A DNA stretch of 64,000 nucleotides from Macrostomum lignano (GCA_002269645.1 NIVC01001182.1:124001-188000), one strand, 5' to 3'. Positions 31,041 to 44,118 are shown, numbered from the stretch's first letter. The notes: generated by a model not told the origin, from the letters alone. Translations and numbers: made by a program.

Positions 31041-32115
31041 AGCTAATAAGAATATTTTTGCTTTTCTATTTGATTTTCAAACAGCACTCAGAATAAATCA
31101 ACCCATCCTCAGATCATCCTGCTATGCTCTGGCTCATCTAAAAATCAATGCAAGTTTTGTCCAACTAATTTTGCTAGTTTTGCAGCTGCTTTACTCACAT
31201 TTTTTCTCTGACTGCTTTGCAAAAGAGAGTCAGTAAAAGTGTCTCGCGCAGTGTCACACAAACAATGCATATCACACAAGCAGATTGTACATATTTGCAG
31301 CTAGGCAGTCATTATATTATAAAATAATCACCGGGCGTTTCAATTCCTTTTTCATCACCCAGTTTTTGATCTTCATTAACATTTTTCGATTTTACAGCCT
31401 GTATTGAAATCTACCTCATTTTGGTCATTGACGCTCTTCAAGGATAGCTCCTTACTAATTTAAATTTGCGATCGCTTTTAATTTGAAACAGGTTTTAAAG
31501 CTTCGCTATCTCTACTACTTATTCAGTAGTTAGCTCGTGCTCGCTTTCTTGTTCTATCGTGAAAAGTTTGAAAATGGCAATTGTTTTTTCTACTCTCTCC
31601 CTTGTACATGTAAACAATGTATCAATATGTTTGCGCGGTATGACTCTCTTTGCCTTTTGCATAACCTATAATTGACTATAATTACTCAAGATATTTGTTA
31701 GCCCCGCTGAAAACCTTACTGTCGCACAGGTGTGACACAGCCCGACAATAAAACAATTCTTTTTCGCGAATTGTTTTGAACAAAATCTGCTTTTAAACTG
31801 TGGGAATGAAGCTGGCATAAACACTTCAGAATAGCCCAAATTATAGTTCTCTAAGATTCATTTTCTCACATTATTTAACCTCTTGAAACGCTTTTTACGC
31901 AACATCTCATACACTCCCGAGTTCAGCTGAGGTCGCATGAGCTTTTGACTCAGACTCAAACAAGAATGCTACCTTGAGTACTGGATACAAGGTGGAATTG
32001 TACGAAATATAAATACGACAGACCTCGCACTTGCTCTAAGGCTCTTGTATCTCTCTGTTCCACAATCTCTCTTAAATTTGTAACAGTTTTTAGCTAAACA
32101 ATTAAAAGCAACAGT

Positions 32116-35100
32116 ATGATTCTGACCGATGTGATGCTTCTTAGCATCAGCTTGATGCTTGTCTCAGCTACAATGCCGGAATTCTGTAAGCAGCACTATC
32201 GAAAGATTGATTTTTTCGCATCATTATTCCCCACTATTAGTCAAATAAGTCTATGGTCTTTTGTTGGAACGTTTTCCGGTCAAATAAGTCTATGGTCTTG
32301 TATTGGAACGTTTTCCGGTCAAATAAGTCTATGGTCTTGTATTGGAACGTTTTCCGGTCAAATAAGTCTATGGTCTTGTATTGGAACGTTTTCCGGTCAA
32401 ATAAGTCTATGGTCTTGTATTGGAACGTTTTCCGGTCAAATAAGTCTATGGTCTTGTATTGGAACGTTTTCCGGTCAAATAATTAGTCTATGGTATTTTG
32501 TTGGAACGTTTTCCGGTCAAATAAGTCTATGGTCTTGTATTGGAACGTTTTCCGGTCAAATAAGTCTATGGTCTTGTATTGGAACGTTTTCCGGTCAAAT
32601 AAGTCTATGGTCTTGTATTGGAACGTTTTCCGGTCAAATAAGTCTATGGTCTTGTATTGGAACGTTTTCCGGTCAAATAATTAGTCTATGGTATTTTGTT
32701 GGAACGTTTTCCGGTCAAATAAGTCTATGGTCTTGTATTGGAACGTTTTCCGGTCAAATAAGTCTATGGTCTTGTATTGGAACGTTTTCCGGTCAAATAA
32801 GTCTATGGTCTTGTATTGGAACGTTTTCCGGTCAAATAAGTCTATGGTCTTGTATTGGAACGTTTTCCGGTCAAATAAGTCTATGGTCTTGTATTGGAAC
32901 GTTTTCCGGTCAAATAAGTCTATGGTCTTGTATTGGAACGTTTTCCGGTCAAATAATTAGTCTATGGTATTTTGTTGGAACGTTTTCCGGTCAAATAAGT
33001 CTATGGTCTTGTATTGGAACGTTTTCCGGTCAAATAAGTCTATGGTCTTGTATTGGAACGTTTTCCGGTCAAATAAGTCTATGGTCTTGTATTGGAACGT
33101 TTTCCGGTCAAATAAGTCTATGGTCTTGTATTGGAACGTTTTCCGGTCAAATAAGTCTATGGTCTTGTATTGGAACGTTTTCCGGTCAAATAATTAGTCT
33201 ATGGTATTTTGTTGGAACGTTTTCCGGTCAAATAAGTCTATGGTCTTGTATTGGAACGTTTTCCGGTCAAATAAGTCTATGGTCTTGTATTGGAACGTTT
33301 TCCGGTCAAATAAGTCTATGGTCTTGTATTGGAACGTTTTCCGGTCAAATAAGTCTATGGTCTTGTATTGGAACGTTTTCCGGTCAAATAATTAGTCTAT
33401 GGTATTTTGTTGGAACGTTTTCCGGTCAAATAAGTCTATGGTCTTGTATTGTAACGTTTTCCGGTCAAATAAGTCTATGGTCTTGTATTGGAACGTTTTC
33501 TGGTCAAATAAGTCTATGGTCTTTTGTTGGAACGTTTTCTGGTCAAATAAGCCTATGGTCTTTTGTTGGAACGTTTTCTTGTCAAATAAGTCTATGGTCT
33601 TTTGTTGGAACGTTTTCTTGTCAAATAAGTCTATGGTCTTGTATTGGAACGTTTTCCGGTCAAATAATTAGTCTATGGTATTTTGTTGGAACGTTTTCCG
33701 GTCAAATAAGTCTATGGTCTTGTATTGGAACGTTTTCCGGTCAAATAAGTCTATGGTCTTGTATTGGAATGTTTTCTGGTCAAATAAGTCTATGGTCTTT
33801 TGTTGGAACGTTTTCTGGTCAAATAAGCCTATGGTCTTTTGTTGGAACGTTTTCTTGTCAAATAAGTCTATGGTCTTTTGTTGGAACGTTTTCTTGTCAA
33901 ATAAGTCTATGGTCTTGTTTTGAAACGTTTTCTGGTCAAATAAGTCTATGGTCTTTTGTTGAAACGTTTTGATTATTCAAGCAGCTTTCTTAGTAGCTTC
34001 GTAGCCGTCGGCAAAAGCCATGAGCTCATCTTCTAACCTAATATCGAAGCGAGGGCTTGTGGATGTCTTCGTAGCTAGTGGTTCGATCCGTAAACATCAA
34101 ATCAATAAGCCTCGCTATATCAACGTCAATAGTGTCAAAATCGTCACTAATATTGTTGATAGTAGATTAAAAATTTGAAGTTTGAAGTTAAAAAATTTGA
34201 AATTTAAAGTTTTAAAGTTTAAAAATTTGAAAATTTTATATTTTACTTCGTTCACAAGTGATTTATTGAAACTGGTTAAAATGGTTGTCTGCTTGCTATG
34301 ATAATCTGAAAGACCGTTCGAAGTTGGGGAAAAATACTACGAGTATGATATACCTTGGACTTTTACGAGCGTATCTCACTTACAGATTCTTAACCTTCCC
34401 ACATTCAAAATAGATTCTCAAAAATCTCATATTTGGATCTTGAATCTCATCTTTAAATCCTGTCACACTCTCTGTTTCTAAATTTCATTTTCAGATCCCG
34501 GATCTCGGTCTCAGATCTTGAATTTCACTCGAAAGCTTTTTCTCTGAGAAATCTCAATGATGAAAAAATCTGAAAGCAACGAAAATTTTACCCACAGCCA
34601 ATCTGGCCTTCCAATCCTGCAAATGGATTGAAAACAGCCGGCCACTGACAAAAGCTTCTCGTCCCACGGCTGCTGCCGCCAGCCCCTCGAGCATCCCAGG
34701 TTCGAGTCGACGACGCTTGACAAAATCCGACGGATCAGAGGGCGTTGACGAAGTCATAAAAGATGACAGCGACTGCTGGAAAGTGTACAGCGGCTATCCG
34801 ATCGACTGTCCTCGCCGAGACCCATTCCGCTGGTCCTGGCTCGGCCAGTTCAATCGGCCAGTCCGTCTCCAACGTGTGGTGGTCAAGGGCGCCTTGCTGA
34901 ACTCGTCCGCTAAAAGTGTCGACCGACACCTGCCGCAGGGAATCGTCGTGATTGCCCGGCCTTGGGACGCCGCTCTGCCCAGTCGGCATTGCCGTCTGGA
35001 CCAGCTGGGCCGATCGCTGGGCATCTTCGACTGTTCCGGCGACAAGACCGGCTCCCTGCTAGTCGGGGTTCGGCGTCCAGACGACGCCTCGGAGACGAAG

Positions 35101-36593
35101 ACGCCGTCGAAAGTGGAGAAAAATTGCGACTACCCTGGACCGGTTTGCGCGATTCGCGTGTTTGACACTGGTACGTTCAAGTGTCGTGCTAGTTGTGAGA
35201 CGGCACTTTTAACGACAAAGCATTCCTGAATAACTAAATATGCCACTCGCAATTAAAGTTGTGGAAAATGGAGTGCCTGTTTTTTAGAAGTATTCTACAT
35301 TATTTTGTTTAAATCTGTTGTAGTAGCAGGTCCTTGGGGGTTCGCCGTCGATGGAGCTGTGGCAGCACCAAGGTGCTACAGCTTGCAATGGGGTATCATC
35401 GTTTTTGTCAGCCTTTTGAAAGGGGCCTCGCCCCTCCCCTCTCCTTGCCAGCTTGCTATGCCTCAGCTCTTAGTGGATTTATTGTTAAGGATCTTTTATT
35501 TTGCAAGAGTGCGCTGGCTCTTTGTCGTAGGGGGGTTGTAGCCTAGTGGTTAGAGCGTCGGAATCACTACTGAAAGGTCTATCCTTAACCCTAACCAAAC
35601 TCGGAACAATTTGTGTCCTTGAGCTAGACACTTGACTCTGCATTGCTTCAGATCACCCAGCTGTAAAATGACATTAGGTGGGGTAATTGAGGATTTTTGT
35701 GGCAACCCCCAGTCCATGGACTGAAAAAGCCGTACGCAGCCTTCAAATGCGCCACGCAATAGCTGTCGGTTGCACATCTGCCCGTTTGGACAGGTGACAT
35801 TTCATTTCATTATTAGTTAATTCTCATCAATTATTATTATTATCATTATAAATTTTGTCGTAGACACAGCAGATTTATTTTAGTGACGTAGAACTGATAA
35901 GTCGTAAATTACATGTACTCTCAGCGTACGCCCCCGTCAAAAGTTCTTTACAGCTTTGTTTGCGTCCCCACTTCTTCCAGACTCTCAGCCGTTGACATTT
36001 ATCAATTGCCGACAGACTTCGATAGACGGCGCTAAATCGAAAAGTGCATCCTCATCCGCTTGCGAGTCCCTTTCGTCAGATTTCAGTTCCAACGCAGACG
36101 TTGCAGCAGCGAATTTCGATTGGCGCGGTCAGTTTGGACGCAACGTCAAAGTTGGCCGGGTCATTCTGGACTCGTGCTTGACCTCCTCTTCGCCGGAATC
36201 GTCGCCACCAGTTGACAACAACTGTCAAATTTTTGAGGTGCTGGCTGGCAGCCAACTATGCAGCAGAGTGGACAGCATGGACTTGAGCGTTGCAGAATCG
36301 TTTAACTGCCAGGGTGCTCAGGCTAGCGAGCTTACTGTCCGCATGGGCGGAATCAATGACAGTAGCCTGACAACGCTTTTTGAACTCTGCGATGTGGTAG
36401 CTTATGGAGTTGGTAAGCTCGATCTATTAATTATGATATCTTTGTTTGATTAGGGCATCAGAAAGTCGAGACGAAAGTCGACCCGCCGCTAGCAAGAAGG
36501 CAAGCAGACACGGGCTCACACAGGGTGTACGACCGTACAGCGGCCCCGACTCTCATCGTCAAGCGTCCGTTGGAGGTTGCCCTAATATGCTAG
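32116..36593 (+). CDS. Secreted protein of about 404 aa with two divergent galactose-binding-like (F5/8 or F-lectin-like) domains. Exons: 32116-32185, 34598-35170, 35981-36412, 36454-36593
   Basis: Hydrophobic leader; all introns are phase 1 and join in frame. Domain starts NLAFQ; W.GQF..[PN]V[RK][LV].RV motif in both domains; ends VCAIRVF / LCDVVAYG. The fold call is an inference. Confidence 0.7.
32240..33970. repeat. 39-bp minisatellite TCAAATAAGTCTATGGTCTTGTATTGGAACGTTTTCCGG, about 44 copies, with a periodic 42-bp variant
   Basis: Directly visible. Confidence 0.98.
35531..35853 (+). mobile_element. tRNA-derived CORE-type SINE
   Basis: A-box GTAGCCTAGTGGTTAGAGCG; MIR/CORE-like GTGTCCTTGAGCTAGACACTTGAC...CTGTAAAATG; (TTA)n-type tail; 10-bp TSD TTTGTCGTAG at 35521-35530 and 35854-35863. 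Confidence 0.75.
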
Positions 36594-37204
36594 ATTTTCC
36601 CAAGCAATAAGCCATTCTTCGTGATTGAGCCCCAAATAAATTTGACTCGTACTCTGAATTGGGGCTTAAATAGGGCGTAAAATAAAGAAGGATTCTCTAG
36701 GTTCGACTTTTCATATATTGTCCTGTGACATGTGAGGGTAAGGAAGATTATCGATTAGTCGACAGACATCAGCCTTATTTTTCTGTAGTTTTCAATACGA
36801 TACGCGAATACTATTTATAAATATGTTTCTAAATTAAATTTTCAGAGATATCACGTCATCTATTGGGTTCTTCGAGGTACGGCAAGTGACTCGACGTGAG
36901 TTCAAGCTGCACAGTTCGACACGGCAGAGCAAAGTCACTCATCCGTAACTTATTCAGCTTCTATACGGCCATGGCACTTTTGCATGCTTTTTTCCATCGC
37001 AGTTTTATCTTATATACTCTGACCTAATAAAAAACACTTCAAATTTTTATGAGTTTCATTGGGAAGCAAATAAACTGCAGGTGATCATCAAGGGCCATAT
37101 GAGTTAGCTGAGGAATCCAGCTTTACGCGAAGGAAAAAATTGATTGCGTAGCAAAATGAGTGACAGACCGCAGCAACTAAATACTGTGTCAGGGTATTTA
37201 GAAA

Positions 37205-40200
37205 GCCAGCAGGCAGTCGACAAAACGCCATGTGCGCGCCTGTCCCTCGCTGGTAGGGCACCTGCAGCGTCAGCAGCAGCACCTCCTCCACCGGTCGTAG
37301 ACAGTACGATTCGATGATGAGGCCTGCCAGCTGGAGTCCAGTGGAGTAGAAAGTCGCTTTTTGTCCATCTTGAAGGCGAAGTGCAGCAGGCCAGCGTGCA
37401 CCGCATCAACTTGTTGCTCGAGCGAGTCCGTCATCGTCCAGATCTCAGCGTTGTACAGCAAGACGGTCTCGAGCACCGCCTGGAACAGCGCCACCCTCTG
37501 GCGGTCAGGCAGGGCCTCAAACTGCAAGACTGCCCTCAAAGAACGGAAGGCAACCCAGGCACGTCCGCGGTGACGCCGCAGATCCTCATGGACGCCGGGA
37601 ACCAGACCGCCAGCGTAGATGAACTGCTGACAACACGGAAGCTCCGTCGCTTGTCCATCTGCGCATTGGCACAAAATTGCAGCCTCGATTTCGTCCGGCA
37701 CGAAAAGCACGACAGTCTTCTGCGTGTTGACTACCCAGCCGACACTCGCCGCAACGGCAACAAGTTTTTCCAGCTGTTTATGGGCGCTTTTGACATTTCA
37801 GGACAGCAGGGCGAGGTCGTCGGCGTAGCCAAGCACGCTGAGTCGCCTCTCCAGTCGACGTCGACCTACGCGTCGCCGCAACAGAAATCCGTCGTCGTTG
37901 GCAGGAAGAGCGGTCCTCAGCACCCAGTCAAGCACCAGAACGAACCTGACGCACCCTGAAGCACCCCGGAGGATGTCTCAAAGAAGTCCGATAGGCCGTC
38001 CGATGTTGAAACATGAGGCGGAAGGCCTTAATTAGTTCAATAGATGGAATGGCAGCAAAGATGTTGCACTGCATTGCGCGTATATTTATACATACATTAA
38101 TATTTATACATACATTAATATTTATACATACATTAATATTTATACATACATTATATGCATAGCGAGATTATTGAGGGGCCGAGGGAGGTGCGCACATGTG
38201 GCGTGGCGTGATTGGCTACGCCAACCCCCCTGGCTTAGCGAGCCGGCTAGCGCGGTGCGCCACCACCCCACCTCAGCTAGACAGAGGTACGCGGGGGGGG
38301 GTTTCCAGTGCGGCTGCACTGGTGCTGCCGGTCGCACAGTCTGGCCGCCACACAGCTCCCCCAGCACCGAGCTAGGCCCCGAACGTCGGGTGGTAGCCGA
38401 GGCAGCGAGAGTGCCGAGGAGCGGGCGCCGAAAGCCGGGCGCCGAAGACCGCGGAGCTGCAGAAGAGCGGGCGCCGAAATCAGCTGGACGCCGAAGGCGG
38501 CAGGGGCGCTAGGCGGAGGCGGGCGCCGCAGGCGGCAGGGGCGCGGAGGCGAGCGCCGATGGCAGCAGGGGCGCGGAGGCGAGCGCCGATGGCAGCAGGT
38601 CGCCGAGCGGGCGCCGGGCGGGCGCCGAAGGCAGCAGGGTGCCGATGGCAGCAGCAGGGCGCCAGACGGTCGCCGAAGGCAGCAGCAAGGCGCCAGGCGG
38701 GAGCCGAAGGCAGCAGCAGGGCGCCAGGCGGGCGCCGAAGGTGGCGGCAGGGCGCCAGGCGGGCGCGGAAAGCAGCCGGGGCGCGCGGCCGGACCACACC
38801 CGAAGCAATCGACAGTCAGTTGCCGCCGTGAGCCGGGTCGAAGCTCCTGCACAGAGGCTGGGGACGTTAGGCTAGCAGCAGCGGTGCTAACCTAAAATTT
38901 GTTGCAGCGTGTGGCGCTGGTTGGTCCAACGCGGGGCCGAAAGGCGAGACCCCAGGAGCTACCGGGGGGCGGGCTGACTTGGCCGATTGTTGCTGCGGGG
39001 TACTGCTGTGGCTGCTGGGCTGCGGTGCTGCTGGGCTGCGGTGCTGCTGGGCTGCTGTGCTGCAGAGCTGCTGGGCTGCGGTGCTGCCGTTGCAGTCGGC
39101 CAAGGCGGTTGGCTGCCAGGACCGCACAGGGCCGACCAGGTAGGCCCAGCGTTCCGCGCTGGGAGTCGGGCTCACCAATGAGGCGGAAGGCCTTAATTAG
39201 TTCAATAGATGGAATGGCAGCAAAGATGTTGCACTGCATTGCGCGTATATTTATACATACATTAATATTTATACATACATTATATGCATAGCGAGATTAT
39301 TGAGTGGCCGAGGGAGGTGCGCACATGTGGCGTGGCGTGATTGGCTACGCCAACCCCCCTGGCTTAGCGAGCCGGCTAGCGCGGTGCGCCACCACCCCAC
39401 CTCAGCTAGACAGAGGTACGCGGGGGGGGGGGTTTCCAGTGCGGCTGCACTGGTGCTGCCGGTCGCACAGTCTGGCCGCCACAAACAGCAGCTTTCGTAT
39501 CATGGTACATCGCCATGATGGCGGAAATGAGCAGCTCTGGCACGTTGTACGCACGGAGCACCTTTGGGAGCACAGACCTGACGACCGAGTCGAATGCCTT
39601 CTTGAAATCTAATATATGAAGACAACAATCAGGATCGACTGGCGTATTCATGCTTCCTCGATGACTCGCCAAAGAGCCAGGATTTGTGTCACAGTGCTGC
39701 GATGGGGCCGGAAGCCGTTTTGCTCAGGACGCAGGTACGGATCCAGCACGGGCTGCAACCGCGATAACAGCATCCGGTTGAACAACTTCGCAGCGCAGGA
39801 CTGAAGGCAGGTACCTCGATGCTCATCAAGCCTCGTGGTGCCCGGCTTCTTAGGAACTGCGACGATGTGCACCGTGGTCCATTCATTGGGTGCCTCCTCA
39901 CCGAAGAGCACGCGATTCATCACTCTGACGACCTCACTGACCACACAGTGGATGCGCAGCGCCTCGATGCGCACCTCGTCTGGACCCAGCGCTTTCCCGC
40001 CCTGTGACTGTTGGGCGAGCCTCACAACGTCGGCTGTGCTGACTGGTGCTAGGCTGAAGCTCTCCTCTGCGGGCAACGGCATCTCCGGCGGCAGCGTCAG
40101 ACTCTCTGGCAGCGGTGGTGGCAGCGCGTTGACAATGGTGGCGAAGAATTCACGCAGCTCTTTCCTGCGCTCGTCCGCAGAGTCGCCTGCCAGGTTTAGC

Positions 40201-41650
40201 GGAATGCACCGCTTTCGCCCTGTCAGAGCATTGATAGCCGACCAGACCACGCGGCCTCTGGCATCAGGCCCAGCGGCAGAGACGGCCCGAATGGTGTCAT
40301 CAACAGCAGCCTGCTTGTGCTGTAAATGGGCAGCCGCCAAGGCCTCCTCTGCCTCGCGGGTTGGTCGCCTGCTCAAACGGAGTCGCTCCAGCTCTTCCCT
40401 CGCTTGCCGAATCGTGGGGTCGTATTGCCATACCGGCTGCTCACTCTAGGCCGGTCTAGAGCGGGACTGCTTGTTCCGCGGCGGCTCGAACTGCAGCGCA
40501 CACCTCGGCGTACTCGGCACCTCCACGCTTGCCGCCGAGCGCAGTGATGAAAGCGCTAGCAAAGCGGCTGTGCGTGTTGGCGTCCCTGAGCGCGCGGTAG
40601 TAGCGCCGCGGTGGCCGCTTCGGTGGACGATAGAGCGGATTGTGACGACGACGAAGGTCGCAGACGAGGAGTCGATGATCGGACCGCAGAGCAAGCGGCG
40701 TGATGGCGCGGCAATTGACGACGCGGCGGCGCTCGAGGAAGCGCACCAGCACATGATCGAGCTGTGCCTGCCTCCGTTTTGCATTCCGGCCACGCGCTTT
40801 CCGCCGCCTGCGCTTGCAGCCCAAAAAAATTTGCGAGCCTGCCTAGCGTCTTGCGGAAGCGGGTGTTGGCCGACACCATGTCCTGCCTCTCTAGGAAGTC
40901 CTCCAGCGCTCCGGTGTTGCCGTTCTCACGCGGTGTGACGAACAGTGACCACTCGGACCTACGCTAAACCGCGTTCAGGTCGAGGATTATCAATGTATCA
41001 CGCTGCGCCGTTTCCTCCAACTGTACCGAGAGCTGCTCAAAGAATTCTTGAGCCTCGTCAGGGCGTTTGGCAGGAGGCGCGTACGCACAGAACAGGCGAG
41101 CGTTCCGGCCGCGAAGCCGAACGTCGACCCGGAGCAGCCGAGGGGACAGAGAGACGCAGTGACAGCTCTGCTGCAGCCTCGGTCCGACCAGCGCTCCAAC
41201 TCCTCTACGGCCTCGTTGGTCTGCTGATGTATATTAAAGGGTCCATCCGGCGCCCAGATCCTCACAGTGAAGCCCCGTATCAGCCCTGATAGATACCTCC
41301 TGCAATGCGAAGACGTCACAGCTTAGGTCGTGCGCTAGCTTTGCCAGAGCCCCTCTCCGCCAGGCGGCCTTGAGAGTGCGGCGATTCAGCGTCCCGACCC
41401 GAAGCGTGCCCTGTGGTACAGCTGGGGCTCGATGTAAATGAGCCTCTCGGTCCCTGGCACCACCCAAAGGATCAATATGGGCCAGAGCGGCAGCAGCTCG
41501 ACGGGCAGCACCACGTTGCCGACCGCGTCGATTTCGCTCACGCCGACGCTCGCTTCGCTGCCCCCGCTTGGTCCTGCCGCTGTTGGCCGCCGCAGCAGTT
41601 AAGAGCGGCTCACCGCCTGACCACTTAGAGGTAGCGGCATTTACATGCAA
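37205..41650 (-). mobile_element. Decayed RTE-clade non-LTR retrotransposon (APE + RT), split by an LTR element
   Basis: APE motifs LRVGTLN, DVFALQEV, DLNA, QLDHVL, SDHRLL. RT motifs LQSCAAKLFNR, EQNGFRP, DFKKAFDSV, GVLQG, LGYADD, then LLYNAEIW. Many frameshifts and stops. Confidence 0.92.
38014..39483 (-). mobile_element. Non-autonomous LTR retroelement (TRIM-like), 1470 bp; LTRs 38014-38352 and 39179-39483
   Basis: TG...CA termini; 4-bp TSD AACA (38010-38013, 39484-39487); PBS TGGTGAGCCCGAC 1 nt inside the 5' LTR; weak purine tract before the 3' LTR; no coding internal region. Excision restores the RTE frame TKAAV-STSDGL. Confidence 0.92.
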
Positions 41651-41683
41651 TAAATTTAGTCTTCACATTAAAAGATCGCCAAT

Positions 41684-43000
41684 GATTCCCAATGACTGAC
41701 ATTGGACAGTTCTACTGAACATCGGGGTCTGTTCCCAATGACTGACATTGGACAGTTCTACTGAACATCGGGGTCTGTTCCCAATGACTGACATTGGACG
41801 GTTCTACTGAACATCGGGGTCTGTTCCCAATGACTGACATTGGACGGTTCTACTGAACATCGGGGTCTGTTCCCAATGACTGACATTGGACGGTTCTACT
41901 GAACATCGGAGTCTGTTTCCAATGACTGACGTAGGACAGTTCTACTGAACATCGGAGTCTGTTTCCAATGACTGACGTAGGACGGTTCTACTGAACATCG
42001 GAGTCTGTTTCCAATGACTGACGTAGGACGGTTCTACTGAACATCGGAGTCTGTTTCCAATGACTGACGTAGGACAGTTCTACTGAACATCGGAGTCTGT
42101 TTCCAATGACTGACGTAGGACGGTTCTACTGAACATCGGAGTCTGTTTCCAATGACTGACGTAGGACAGTTCTACTGAACATCGGAGTCTGTTTCCAATG
42201 ACTGACGTAGGACAGTTCTACTGAACATCGGAGTCTGTTTCCAATGACTGACGTAGGACAGTTCTACTGAACATCGGAGTCTGTTCCCAGTGACTGACAT
42301 TGGACAGTTCTACTGAACATCGGGGTCTGTTCCCAATGACTGACATTGGACAGTTCTACTGAACATCGGGGTCTGTTCCCAATGACTGACATTGGACAGT
42401 TCTACTGAACATCGGGGTCTGTTTCCAATGACTGACATTGGACAGTTCTACTGAACATCGGAGTCTGTTTCCAATGACTGACATTGTACAGTTCTACTGA
42501 ACATCGGGGTCTGTTCCCAATGACTGACATTGGACAGTTCTACTGAACATCGGGGTCTGTTCCCAATGACTGACATTGGACAGTTCTACTGAACATCGGG
42601 GTCTGTTTCCAATGACTGACATTGGACAGTTCTACTGAACATCGGAGTCTGTTTCCAATGACTGACATTGGACAGTTCTACTGAACATCGGGGTCTGTTC
42701 CCAATGACTGACGTAGGACGGTTCTACTGAACATCGGGGTCTGTTCCCAATGACTGACATTGGACAGTTCTACTGAACATCGGGGTCTGTTCCCAATGAC
42801 TGACGTAGGACGGTTCTACTGAACATCGGGGTCTGTTCCCAATGACTGACATTGGACAGTTCTACTGAACATCGGAGTCTGTTTCCAATGACTGACATTG
42901 GACAGTTCTACTGAACATCGGGGTCTGTTCCCAATGACTGACGTAGGACGGTTCTACTGAACATCGGGGTCTGTTCCCAATGACTGACGTAGGACTATTC
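41684..43000. repeat. 46-bp minisatellite CCAATGACTGACATTGGACAGTTCTACTGAACATCGGGGTCTGTTC, about 29 copies
   Basis: Directly visible; two variant classes. Confidence 0.98.
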
Positions 43001-43564
43001 CCACAAAAAACTTTGGCAATAAATTGTTAGCCTCAATTTTGTACACAGTTCTCAATGTAGTTGTGCGTTAGTTGATGCGAAGAGGAGAGAAAAAAATTTT
43101 GTAGCTCGTAGTTGGATTGTCAGCAAAGTCCCTCTTGGCGAGTTAAACCCCGCGCGTTAGGCAGACTCAGTTAGGTCTGTTTAATTAGCTCAAATATTTA
43201 TGCATTCCGTCGCGCGATTTGGAAGTGCAAAGGAAGAAAACTTCCAAGCCTATGTTTAGGCTCTCTTGTCTGCGGGTTGTTATGGCAACGCTTCAGCATT
43301 AGGAGCTCTTGCTTATGTTTACGGTGCGGAGGTCCAACAGCCTTCTCGGCTGGGAATTCGCTAATGAGAAAGCCTTCTTGTAGAAGGCCAATTGTAAAGC
43401 AGCTGAAGAGGTAAGCTGAGTGCCAACACGGCTATTCATTCTTGGATGAGAAAAAAAGAAGACGAAAAAACACTTTAGTCAGCTAGTCTGCTTTATAATG
43501 CAGCTTTTTCGATGTTAGCTGGAATTAGAATTACTCAATAGAAAGTCATAGTCCCATTTTTAAT

Positions 43565-44118
43565 AGCTAGAATCAGAACTTTTAGATAGTTAGAATCGAA
43601 TGTTAGACAGCTAGAATCAGAAATGTTAGATAGTTATAATTAATTGTTAGACAGCTAGAATCAGAAATGTTAGATAGTTAGAATCAAATGTTAGACAGCT
43701 AGAATCAGAAATGTTAGATAGTTATAATTAATTGTTAGACAGCTAGAATTAGAACTGTTAGATAGTTAGAATCAAATGTTAGACAGCTAGAATCAGAACT
43801 GTTAGATAGTTAGAATCGAATGTTAGACAGCTAGAATCAGAAATGTTAGATAGTTAGAATCAAATGTTAGACAGCTAGAATCAGAAATGTTAGATAGTTA
43901 TAATTAATTGTTAGACAGCTAGAATTAGAACTGTTAGATAGTTAGAATCAAATGTTAGACAGCTAGAATCAGAACTGTTAGATAGTTAGAATCAAATGTT
44001 AGACAGCTAGAATCAGAAATGTTAGATAGTTATAATTAATTGTTAGACAGCTGGAATTAGAAATGTTAGATAGTTAGAATCAAATGTTAGACAGCTAGAA
44101 TTAGAAGTGTTAGACAGC
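43565..44118. repeat. AT-rich composite minisatellite (GTTAGACAGCTAGAATCAGAAAT / GTTAGATAGTTAGAATCAAAT)
   Basis: Directly visible. Confidence 0.92.

Noticed and set aside
35531-35610. tRNA gene
   Set aside because: Only an A-box; no cloverleaf or B-box; better explained as a SINE head
38140-39672. GC-rich ORFs inside the LTR element
   Set aside because: Ala/Arg/Pro-rich low-complexity frames with no gag or pol motifs
43276-43289. RFX X-box-like GTTGTTATGGCAAC
   Set aside because: Two mismatches to consensus and no gene start found nearby
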